From: a virus | Length of the DNA stretch: 64,000 nt | Virus record (IMG/VR): IMGVR_UViG_3300038436_000248 | Span: 8,854-72,853 of that record | Direction: 5' to 3' (one strand) | Part shown: positions 17,627-25,329 of the stretch, one piece after another | Layout: every line of letters begins with the position of its first letter | Numbering within the stretch: position 1 is the first letter of the stretch | Notes under the pieces: generated by a model | Database searches by the model: none | The model's input: only the letters and a program-made list of their open reading frames with translations | Told to the model about the DNA's origin: nothing | Translations under genes and position numbers: made by a program

Positions 17627-18031
17627 TTAGATGTACCCAAGTTTCTCTGCAACATCCTTCATGCTGTCCCAGAACAGATCCATGTAGGCGTCCTCCATTT
17701 CCTGTGCCATGTCATAAAGCTGATGGATGGTCGGCTTGAAGCCCAGGTGGCGTTCAACATCCTCAACGGACATGGCGGCGATATACATTGAACTTGCGGA
17801 GACCTGATTGGATTTCCAGGGGCCTACATAGTGTCCCTGGGCAATGTCGTTGAAGTTGTAACGAACTTCCTTGAAGTACGCACGGGACAGTGCTCCTGCA
17901 AGGCTCTCACATTGCTCCTCAAACAGGCTATCCACGAAGCCCTGGTTCTCAAGAACACACACGACGGGGGCTTGCTCCCATTTCTCACCAAACTGACGTG
18001 CTTTGAAGGTTGCTTTCTCGAAGGTAGGCAT
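17627..18031 (-). CDS. Hypothetical protein
   Basis: 134 aa; bounded by hairpin elements on both sides. Confidence 0.75.
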   Translation of the reverse strand: MPTFEKATFKARQFGEKWEQAPVVCVLENQGFVDSLFEEQCESLAGALSRAYFKEVRYNFNDIAQGHYVGPWKSNQVSASSMYIAAMSVEDVERHLGFKPTIHQLYDMAQEMEDAYMDLFWDSMKDVAEKLGYI

Positions 18032-18094
18032 TTCATTGTCCTTTCATTTGCAGCCACCGAATTGTGGCAAATGGCGGGATATACCCGCCAGGAT

Positions 18095-18457
18095 TTAGCT
18101 TTCACTTGGGAGGTGTAGCACCCAATATTCCCCCGATTGCCCTACCCAGATGTCAATGTCCCCGGGGATGTCCGTGAACTCGATCTTCTGGGATGTCAGG
18201 GGCCGGTAGTTCCCATCCTCACAGGTCAGCACAGCCCCACCTTCAGGAAGCTTTCGTAACTTCCAGACCTGGAAGGGCTCGTTGCGCAGCTTCTTGGCAT
18301 AGGATGCGATGGCGTCCATCAGCCAAAAGGCCTTGTATGTCTCAGCTGCGTACTTTGCCCCGTCCGTGAGCAGGTGGGTGGGATACAGTTGAGGGCTCCA
18401 GCGGTGATACGCCTCAGTCCCATAGAAGCCTTCCATTGAGTCGTTGAGTAAAGCCAT
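18095..18457 (-). CDS. Conserved protein (DUF6876-like)
   Basis: FYGTEAYHR...LTDGAKYAAE..KAFWLMDAIAS...FQVWKL motif. Confidence 0.75.
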   Translation of the reverse strand: MALLNDSMEGFYGTEAYHRWSPQLYPTHLLTDGAKYAAETYKAFWLMDAIASYAKKLRNEPFQVWKLRKLPEGGAVLTCEDGNYRPLTSQKIEFTDIPGDIDIWVGQSGEYWVLHLPSES

Positions 18458-18469
18458 GGTGATCCTCCT

Positions 18470-18688
18470 TTATTCCGCTTCAGTGATTTCGATGATCCGC
18501 CCCAGCGAGTCATCCTCAATAAGAACAGGCAAGTCACGTGCGCTGCCGTACACTTCCAGACCATCGTCGAGATACTCCTCGATCAGATCTTCCACAGTCT
18601 CCCGTGCTTCCCGAAGACTGTCACACTCAATCACGGTGTCCGCCAGGTACCCACCCTGTATCCCGTCAGTGACAATAAAGAGTGCCAT
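18470..18688 (-). CDS. Small acidic hypothetical protein
   Basis: 72 aa; GAAAGGAG RBS. Confidence 0.75.
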   Translation of the reverse strand: MALFIVTDGIQGGYLADTVIECDSLREARETVEDLIEEYLDDGLEVYGSARDLPVLIEDDSLGRIIEITEAE

Positions 18689-18754
18689 TTGAAGCTCCTT
18701 TCAGTAGTAAAACGGGCCCATCCATGGGCAAATAGGGGGCCAGAGCCCCCTGCA

Positions 18755-19108
18755 TTACTGTGCTGCCCTCACCATGTCAGCAGCTTCGATTGGAACGTAG
18801 GCGTTGATCTCTGCTGCATCCGCCTTGCGCACCAGCTCCTGACAGAACTTGACCGCCCACTCATTGCGGGCGTCATAGTGATTGCCACTCTCGGCTGCGT
18901 ACCAGAACAGCACGGACACCAGGAACTTGATGACCTCTTGCTGCAGGTAACGGTGCTGATACTTCAAGGCCTTGGCTGTTTCACGGGCCTTCAAGCGGTT
19001 GATGTTCGCCATGTCTCCAAGTAGCTCGCCCATAAACTCTGGCGTGACCTCTTTCCGTAGGTCATAAGCAGAGATGGCAGCATCATTGACGGTGATTGTT
19101 TTAGGCAT
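18755..19108 (-). CDS. Hypothetical protein
   Basis: MPKTITV...; GAAAGGAG RBS. Confidence 0.75.
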   Translation of the reverse strand: MPKTITVNDAAISAYDLRKEVTPEFMGELLGDMANINRLKARETAKALKYQHRYLQQEVIKFLVSVLFWYAAESGNHYDARNEWAVKFCQELVRKADAAEINAYVPIEAADMVRAAQ

Positions 19109-19155
19109 AGTGAAGCTCCTTTCAGGAGTAAAGAAGGTGCCCATCCGTGGGCAAA

Positions 19156-19509
19156 TCAGGGGCATGTAGCCCCTGTCCTGGATTCGATGACCCCCATGGT
19201 CAGGTCATATACACGGCGCAGGAAGTCCCTTTCCTGTATCGGCAGGAAGTAGTCTTCCTTGTAGGCCACGTCGAAGACACGAGCGTCCGGGCACTCATCA
19301 GGAGCAAAGACACCATGGCATGCCCAGCACTCTTCATTGTCCTGGCCGATCAGGACAGCGCCACAGTGTGGGCATTCTGTGAGGAGACCCGTCACCATCA
19401 CGGTGTTCTCAAGGTCTGAAACGAAGCCAATGGTCTCGATCTTGGCGGGGTTTGAACCATCCAGGTTCTCCAGGAAGCTCTTGGTTGAAGGGCGGATGTC
19501 AGTTTTCAT
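19156..19509 (-). CDS. Hypothetical protein with internal double zinc ribbon
   Basis: MKTDIRP...CPHCG...CWACHG; stop lies in the ATTT linker of a hairpin element. Confidence 0.7.
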   Translation of the reverse strand: MKTDIRPSTKSFLENLDGSNPAKIETIGFVSDLENTVMVTGLLTECPHCGAVLIGQDNEECWACHGVFAPDECPDARVFDVAYKEDYFLPIQERDFLRRVYDLTMGVIESRTGATCP

Positions 19510-19516
19510 GTGAAAA
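19503..19516. promoter_or_regulatory. parS-like site, one mismatch, overlapping a start codon
   Basis: AGTTTTCATGTGAAAAGT at 19501-19518. Confidence 0.45.
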
Positions 19517-19582
19517 GTTCCTTTCGGGAATGGTAGATAGGGATGTCCACATTTGGACAAATCGGGGGCAATGCCCCCTTGA

Positions 19583-19903
19583 TCAGTCAAACATCGTGCC
19601 AAAGCGCTGATTGTGAGCCTTCAGGCGGTCAGGGGTGATAGAGAACATGATCTCATTCACACGATCCACGAAGTCCTGGCTGCGCTTCTTTGAGCAGATC
19701 CCTGTAGGATCCACGTGCCGATCTTTTATTTCCCAATCCACCAGATGGGCAAGCCGTGCGTGGACCTGAGCGTACTCCATCAGGCTGTAGGAGTGGCCGT
19801 AATCATGCTCGGCGTACTCGACTTCAGGGAAGTGACCAGCCAGGAGGATCTCCCGCAGTTTTGCTTTTGTGGCGGTGTGAACGATCTTGTTTGTTTTAGG
19901 CAT
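19583..19903 (-). CDS. Hypothetical protein
   Basis: 106 aa; GAAAGGAG RBS. Confidence 0.75.
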   Translation of the reverse strand: MPKTNKIVHTATKAKLREILLAGHFPEVEYAEHDYGHSYSLMEYAQVHARLAHLVDWEIKDRHVDPTGICSKKRSQDFVDRVNEIMFSITPDRLKAHNQRFGTMFD

Positions 19904-19974
19904 AGCAATCTCCTTTCAAGAGACAAAGCGGTCTGTGCCCATCCGTGGGCAAATCGGGGGCATTGCCCCCTTGT

Positions 19975-20490
19975 CTAATCCATGTGGGTCCAGACACTCA
20001 TCTGGAAGCCCGCATCCCGAAAGACCTTGGCGAACGCTTCCGCAAAGGCCTGGTTCAGATCGTAGGATTGTCTGGCCGTACCATCCAGGCCAGCTTCTTC
20101 CGGGTGCCACGTAACACCCCGTGCGACTCCCCCGTAGTAGTGCTTGGAGAACTCATGGAACTTCGCAGCCCATTTAGCCAGGCTCGAATTGCCGGGGGTG
20201 ATGACCAGGGCGGCGTACCCGCAGGGGCCGTGCTTCACGACCTCTATCAGGCCCCTGTCAGGATCCACAACACCCATTGGGGTGCAGACGGTGTTCTTGA
20301 TGGCCTCAATCCCTGCGTTGTGAGCTTCCGCCCATAGCTTTGCAAACTGACTGTACCGATCTTCTCTCTCGGCAGCCTGATCGGCAATCATCTGCTTCCA
20401 GGCCTCACGTGCGGCCTTGCGATGCTCCTTGCAGTAGGAGCTACCCTTATGAGTCGGGTTTGAACATCCGTTATATTTGCAGGTAGTCAT
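19975..20490 (-). CDS. Conserved phage hypothetical protein with N-terminal Cys motif
   Basis: CKYNGC...YCKEH; GPCGYAALVI.PG...SYDLNQAFAEAFAKVF; GGAGG RBS. Confidence 0.75.
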   Translation of the reverse strand: MTTCKYNGCSNPTHKGSSYCKEHRKAAREAWKQMIADQAAEREDRYSQFAKLWAEAHNAGIEAIKNTVCTPMGVVDPDRGLIEVVKHGPCGYAALVITPGNSSLAKWAAKFHEFSKHYYGGVARGVTWHPEEAGLDGTARQSYDLNQAFAEAFAKVFRDAGFQMSVWTHMD

Positions 20491-20552
20491 GCGTTCCTCC
20501 GTATGGTTGATAGAGTTGGATTATACCACGCTGTATAAGTATAGCGTAAAAA

Positions 20553-21143
20553 CTAGAACAGGGGAAGCTGTTCTATGGATGTTCTGGCGAACACCCGTGT
20601 CCTTGCGGCCATCCATGTAACCGCCTGGATTTGATGGGGCATAAGCCCTGTGACCTCGGATGCTTCCAGGTACCCATCTGCGATCTCGTTGTATCGCTTA
20701 CCTGCCAGGGTGCCGGGGTTGACACTGAGGTCTCCCATGGCAATACGTGCTGCCCATACATCGACAGTCACCGCCTTGGAACTGTCAGGCCGCAGGATGT
20801 TATCCCAGAAGGACGTCACCTTGACCCCGCTCAGCACATCCAGATGGCCTGCAGCGATCTGAAAGGCCTTGAGCTTGTTCGTGCCATAAGTGGCAACCTT
20901 GATGCTGTTCGGGTGGATCCCGACCTTATGGGCACGCAGCACCGTCAAGGTGTCCGACAGATTGCGTTCCCACTTATTGCGTGGGCTCAATACTGCCAGG
21001 ACACCTGCCACGTTCTCGAGCGGCAGCATCAACTCAGTCGCCCAGGTGCGGCACCAGTTGTGCGCTTGCTGGTACCACGTCATCCCCGCCTGGCGGTCCA
21101 TGCCATCTGCACGGGTGAACAGGGCCATAATGTTCTCAAGCAT
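20553..21143 (-). CDS. Conserved phage protein (DUF7178-like; possible HhH-GPD-related fold)
   Basis: WY..A...AGVLAVLSPRNKWERN...KVTSFWDNI...VTVDVWAAR...QIQAVTW. Confidence 0.7.
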   Translation of the reverse strand: MLENIMALFTRADGMDRQAGMTWYQQAHNWCRTWATELMLPLENVAGVLAVLSPRNKWERNLSDTLTVLRAHKVGIHPNSIKVATYGTNKLKAFQIAAGHLDVLSGVKVTSFWDNILRPDSSKAVTVDVWAARIAMGDLSVNPGTLAGKRYNEIADGYLEASEVTGLMPHQIQAVTWMAARTRVFARTSIEQLPLF

Positions 21144-21203
21144 ACGTACCTCCGAAGAAAGTCACCGCCGAATTGCGGCAAATCAGGGGCATATGCCCCT
21201 GTC

Positions 21204-21566
21204 CTACTCAGTGAACGTTGTCCACGCCTTGAACAGGTCTTTATAGTTCACGGTGGCGGAGGGGTATGCCTCCGACTTCAGGAGTGCCCCGTGGCTGTAG
21301 AACGTCACGGAACAACCATAGGTGGCACGCCCATCTCCGAACGGGCAATCTTGCGTGACCAGGCCACGATCCTCCGGGATGCCCAACCCTGGGACGTAAT
21401 TCCTGACCACACACCCCTCAATTTGAGGGATGCACACAATATGTGGGGACCTCTTGACCAATCCCGCAAGCTCAATCATCTGGGCCAGGGTGCCCCTGTC
21501 AACTGCAAGGGTGTAAAGGAAGCTCACGCCATGCTGATTAGACTCAGATACGACAGTAATAAACAT
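21204..21566 (-). CDS. Hypothetical protein
   Basis: MFITVVS...; GGAGG RBS; bounded by hairpin elements. Confidence 0.7.
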   Translation of the reverse strand: MFITVVSESNQHGVSFLYTLAVDRGTLAQMIELAGLVKRSPHIVCIPQIEGCVVRNYVPGLGIPEDRGLVTQDCPFGDGRATYGCSVTFYSHGALLKSEAYPSATVNYKDLFKAWTTFTE

Positions 21567-21625
21567 ATGCACCTCCAAGGAAGAGTGCCACCGGATTGTG
21601 GCAAATAGGGGCATGCGCCCCTGTC

Positions 21626-21877
21626 TTATGCGTTCACCGTGAGGAAGTCTTCAAGGTGAAGGTTCTCGATTACCTGCCATGCAGGCACGTGGGCAATCAT
21701 CCCACTCTGGGATCTCACCAGGCCATCAGAATTGATCCAGCGTTCCGGGTCATCCTCATTTACGGCCTCAATCGCCTTTTTAGCAACGCCCATCCACTCG
21801 GGCATCGGGGGGTAGACGTTATGCTGCAGGTGATTCGTAAGAGCCACATGAAACCGAATTGCAGTTGCTCCAGTCAT
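21626..21877 (-). CDS. Hypothetical protein
   Basis: MTGATAIRF...; AAGGAG RBS; bounded by hairpin elements. Confidence 0.7.
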   Translation of the reverse strand: MTGATAIRFHVALTNHLQHNVYPPMPEWMGVAKKAIEAVNEDDPERWINSDGLVRSQSGMIAHVPAWQVIENLHLEDFLTVNA

Positions 21878-21923
21878 TTTCAACTCCTTTTGAAACGCCA
21901 CCGGATTGCGGCAAATGGGGGGC

Positions 21924-22106
21924 TTATCGCCCCTTGTGATACTCAACCATGGCGTCCCAGGCGTCACTCCATGAAGCATGGGGCCCAGAAACCATATCCC
22001 ATGACCCACGGCCATGCAGTGCGTCATTCCCTGGGGTCTCTGATACAATCGCGTACTCATCATTCCGATGTAGCACATAGAACTCAACATGTGTTTCTTC
22101 AGGCAT
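21924..22106 (-). CDS. Small hypothetical protein
   Basis: MPEETHVEF..., 60 aa; GAGGA RBS. Confidence 0.7.
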   Translation of the reverse strand: MPEETHVEFYVLHRNDEYAIVSETPGNDALHGRGSWDMVSGPHASWSDAWDAMVEYHKGR

Positions 22107-22107
22107 A

Positions 22108-22428
22108 CTATCCTCCTATATAGATCTTGCTGCGATTGCGGGGCTGATTTGAACCACGCAGGATGATATTGACAATATCGCCCCGCTTGGTACCGTCTGG
22201 GCGCTTGCAGACAATCCAGATCTCATCACCCCAGGCACCGGGTGCATTCACAGGCGCATCCAGGCGCTTCACGAACACCCAGGTCTCTTGCCCGACCTCA
22301 AGTTCAGGAATGCATTCCAGAACTGCAGCTGCTTCCTGCACGGTCACAAGACCCGCCAGGCGCAGGTGCAGGCGCTCCTGAAAATGGGCCGTGACTTTCA
22401 GGCCCGATTTGAAGAATGTTTTGAACAT
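22108..22428 (-). CDS. Hypothetical protein
   Basis: MFKTFF...TAHFQERL..R; AAGGAGG RBS. Confidence 0.7.
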   Translation of the reverse strand: MFKTFFKSGLKVTAHFQERLHLRLAGLVTVQEAAAVLECIPELEVGQETWVFVKRLDAPVNAPGAWGDEIWIVCKRPDGTKRGDIVNIILRGSNQPRNRSKIYIGG

Positions 22429-22467
22429 ACGTACCTCCTTGAAAATGGGGGGCACAAGGCCCCCTGA

Positions 22468-22695
22468 TTATTTGGACAGAATGCCCTGGACCACGTCCAG
22501 GTTTTGGCCGCCATTCATGCGGCCTACGACTGCAGTGGCACCATCAACCACTGCACCATTGACGGCACTTGATGCACCGTCGGAAGCCCCATCAAGGAGC
22601 TGGTTAGCTTCGTTTTCCATGCGCTCACCAAAGACCCCCAAGGCCGCCAGAATAATAATGACGGCAATCAAGAACAGCAAACCCAAGACTTTCAT
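22468..22695 (-). CDS. Small protein with N-terminal signal/TM helix
   Basis: MKVLGLLFLIAVIIILAALGVFG; GAAAGGA RBS. Confidence 0.7.
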   Translation of the reverse strand: MKVLGLLFLIAVIIILAALGVFGERMENEANQLLDGASDGASSAVNGAVVDGATAVVGRMNGGQNLDVVQGILSK

Positions 22696-22739
22696 CACAG
22701 ATCCTTTCTGAACAAGCTTGCCGGATTGCAAGCTTCAAA

Positions 22740-23260
22740 AATGCCCAAGCTACGCACTTGGGCACTTGTGAAGCCCCCGCAAGCGCAACCTTGCGGGTCT
22801 GATATGATTCCCCGGTCTCGTTCACCCCTTGACCAGGGTCGGTTTGTGCAATCGCACTGCACACAAGGGCTCTCATTATCTCTGGCCCCCGAAGGGGCAG
22901 CCACTGGCTCCGGCTCTTTTGGACAGCTCTCGGCTCCCCGGCGGTTTGCCCGCCAGGCCCGTGCCCTAAGATGACCGCTCCAGGCATCACCCGTTGTTTG
23001 ATTTCCCAGTTTGTTCATCTGGGGGGGTATCGCAGACCAGTTCCACGCTTTCCGCTCCGATTCCGTTACCGCTGGCGCTGCTCCCGTGTATGGCACTACC
23101 GTTCTCACATTACCCTCAGACTTCGAACCACTCGCCCGCTTAGGGCACACCTAAGCCGCCCCCCACCTACCGGATTCTCTAGTCCTACTCTATTCCTGAG
23201 TAAGGCCTTGCCAATTTTTAAAGTTCAGGTACTACCCAATAGGCCGTCCTTGGCCGCCCG
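22740..23260 (-). ncRNA. Candidate large structured non-coding RNA (about 500 nt)
   Basis: No credible ORF; many GC-rich hairpins, e.g. CCCC-TTCG-GGGG, CCCGCAAG/CTTGCGGG, GCTTAG/CTAAGC, GTGC-GATT-GCAC; ends in TGCCCAAG/CTTGGGCA-TTTTT. Confidence 0.5.
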
Positions 23261-23262
23261 GA

Positions 23263-23646
23263 CTACTTGCGTCCGCCGGGATTCTTCAAATTCGAGACCT
23301 TGATCAGGCCTTGGTACGTGACCACCCGCCCGCCCTTGCGATAGGTCACCCGCCCGGAAACCACGTTCACAAACAGGTGTCCAAAAGCTTCATTCGCACG
23401 GGCGTTGTAGCCCTCGCTGGCGTCCAGCTCCAGCTCTATCGGGTCAATCTGAAGCCACTTGGGCACCCGGCGCCCGTCCTTGTCAAGGGCTTTGCAATAG
23501 CCCTCAATTATCAGGACGTGAGTCCGCTCGGGCTTGGGCTTGGCGGGGGCGAGACTGCGAAACTCGCCCGTGTTGCCCAATTCCTTTGCTTCCCGGCGCC
23601 GGGCGGCGAGATCTGCCGCTTGACGCAATTTGCCCTCTTTACTCAT
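23263..23646 (-). CDS. First gene of the early array, basic hypothetical protein
   Basis: MSKEGKLRQ...; GAGG RBS. Confidence 0.7.
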   Translation of the reverse strand: MSKEGKLRQAADLAARRREAKELGNTGEFRSLAPAKPKPERTHVLIIEGYCKALDKDGRRVPKWLQIDPIELELDASEGYNARANEAFGHLFVNVVSGRVTYRKGGRVVTYQGLIKVSNLKNPGGRK

Positions 23647-23769
23647 TCCAGACCTCACCTTTCTGCCCCGCCGGGGCGCTGTGTTTTGTTCGATGACCTA
23701 ATAATAGCGATACCACACGGTATTAGGTTAGTAGATATTTGCATAGCCTAAAAATAGGTGGTGGGATGC

Positions 23770-24155
23770 CAGGTGCCAAAAAAGGGCAAAAACAGGGACG
23801 CCGTCCCCCAAAAGTGGCAAAAAATGGTGCCAAAGTGGGGGAGTGTTGGGGAAAAGTGCGCAGGAGCGCCCAAAGTGAATCCCCTCAGAAATCGGTGTTT
23901 TTGTTTTCAAATTTTTAAATTTTTCACGTGAAAATTTTCCGCCCCCCAAATTTCCCCCTCTCGCAACCCCCTCCCTTCGAGCGTCAAGAATTTCCTCCAT
24001 CCCACAGTTCCATTCTCATATGTTCCAAAGTTCCCCCCACGTCTCAGTGCCCTTCTCTATGCAGCATGGAATCTCTCACGCCCCCTTGATTTTTATCCCC
24101 CGCCGTTTTTGCTTTTCCCCCCGCCGTGCACATGAACTTATTGCCCCCCGCCGCT
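23770..24155. other. Non-coding junction with phased A-tracts, C/G tracts and CCCCCGCCG direct repeats (candidate terminus, pac site or origin)
   Basis: A-tracts about 10, 20 or 22 bp apart at about 23778-23875; CCCCCGCCG at 24097, 24118 and 24145; strand switch. Confidence 0.5.
23921..23934. promoter_or_regulatory. parS-like palindrome TTTTCACGTGAAAA
   Basis: Perfect palindrome in the junction region. Confidence 0.6.
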
Positions 24156-24367
24156 GTTCCACTTATATCAATGTCTGCATATCAGAAGGAATGCAAGCGA
24201 CTACCTCTATTGTTGTGAATCAGGTACAATGGTTAGTGGGATGGCCTTTGGACTACAAGCTTTGGATGGGTGGGAATATAATATCCTTGTATCAGGATGC
24301 TGAATAATCAGTAGTTGGTTGACTGTGATTGGTATTTCTTTGGGAAATGTAAAGGAAGCGTCAAGCC

Positions 24368-25321
24368 ATGGCAAAAACAAAAGGAAACAGTAATTTACAT
24401 TTATCCCGTGCTGGTAAGACTGATGAGTTTTACACAGAAATATCCCTCATTGAGAAAGAGCTCCGCCATTACAAACACTTTTTCAAGGGGAAGACGGTTT
24501 TTTGTAACTGTGATGATCCCCAAGAAAGTAATTTTTGGAAATATTTCGAATTGAATTTTGAACGACTTGAATTGAAAAAACTTATCTCCACCCATTACGA
24601 AACAGATATTCCGTCTTATAAACTGGAGCTCAAACAGGATGTCAACAATGACGGCAAGGTGACTGCGCTTGATATTATACATACCCCGCTCCGGCAGAAC
24701 GGGGACTTCCGAAGCCCCGAGTGCAAAGAGATTATGCAAAACGCAGATGTGATTGTTACCAACCCCCCCTTCTCTTTGTTTAGGGAATATGTTGCCCAGC
24801 TAATAGAATATGAAAAACATTTTTTAATAATTGGCAACCAGAATGCGATTACATACAAGGAAATTTTCCCTCTCTTCAAGGATAATAAAACATGGCTTGG
24901 TTATACGAGTGGGCATTTCTGGTTCAGAGTCCCCGATGACTATGAAGTAAAGAAAACAGACTTCAAAATTGATGAGGTGGGCAAGAAGTGGCGGCGCATG
25001 GGAAATATTTGCTGGTTTACAAATATTGATATAGAAAAACGTCACGAAAACCTCACGCTTTTTAGAAACTACACACCGGAAAAGTATCCCAAATATGATA
25101 ATTATGATGCCATCAATGTTGATAAAACAGTCGATATACCATGTGATTACTTTGGGGTCATGGGTGTGCCAATTACTTTTATTGACAAACACAATCCGGA
25201 ACAGTTTGAACTTTTAGGATTGGATGACCATAGATGCCCATGGCTTGGTCATGGTCCTTCTCTCAACGGCAAGACACTGTATAGGCGAATAATAATCCGC
25301 CGCCGACAGCAGGGTAATTAG
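24368..25321 (+). CDS. Adenine-specific DNA methyltransferase, EcoRI family
   Basis: KTDEFYT, VFCNCDDP..SNF..YF, GDFRSPEC, VIVTNPPFSLFREYV motifs. Confidence 0.92.
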   Translation: MAKTKGNSNLHLSRAGKTDEFYTEISLIEKELRHYKHFFKGKTVFCNCDDPQESNFWKYFELNFERLELKKLISTHYETDIPSYKLELKQDVNNDGKVTALDIIHTPLRQNGDFRSPECKEIMQNADVIVTNPPFSLFREYVAQLIEYEKHFLIIGNQNAITYKEIFPLFKDNKTWLGYTSGHFWFRVPDDYEVKKTDFKIDEVGKKWRRMGNICWFTNIDIEKRHENLTLFRNYTPEKYPKYDNYDAINVDKTVDIPCDYFGVMGVPITFIDKHNPEQFELLGLDDHRCPWLGHGPSLNGKTLYRRIIIRRRQQGN

Positions 25322-25329
25322 GAGTACCA

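Larger units (their letters stand above)
14624..22764 (-). repeat. Dispersed double-hairpin intergenic repeat array (13 full copies and 1 half copy in this span)
   Basis: Copies at 14624-14659, 15815-15851, 17129-17165, 17588-17625, 18053-18091, 18716-18752, 19139-19175, 19545-19581, 19937-19973, 21164-21201, 21587-21623, 21897-21936, 22442-22466 (first stem only), 22714-22764. Sense consensus GGGGC-n3/5-GCCCC-(0-2 nt)-ATTT-stem-AATCCG-stem. Confidence 0.92.

Noticed and set aside
4329-21608. Long plus-strand ORFs (e.g. 4329-5207, 10011-10841, 20631-21608) and the minus-strand 62829-63647
   Set aside because: Antisense shadows of RBS-bearing genes; they lack motifs and ribosome-binding sites
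14624-22764. Hairpin repeats as a CRISPR array
   Set aside because: Repeats vary in sequence, intervals are 270-1310 nt and contain whole genes with RBSs, and no cas genes are present
14624-22764. Hairpin repeats as integron attC sites or REP/RAYT substrates
   Set aside because: No RYYYAAC/GTTRRRY core sites, no GTAG foot, and no integrase or HUH transposase in the window; kept only as an alternative hypothesis
22740-23160. Group II intron (GTGTGCCC resembles a 5' splice end)
   Set aside because: No recognisable domain V/VI, no interrupted gene and no RT
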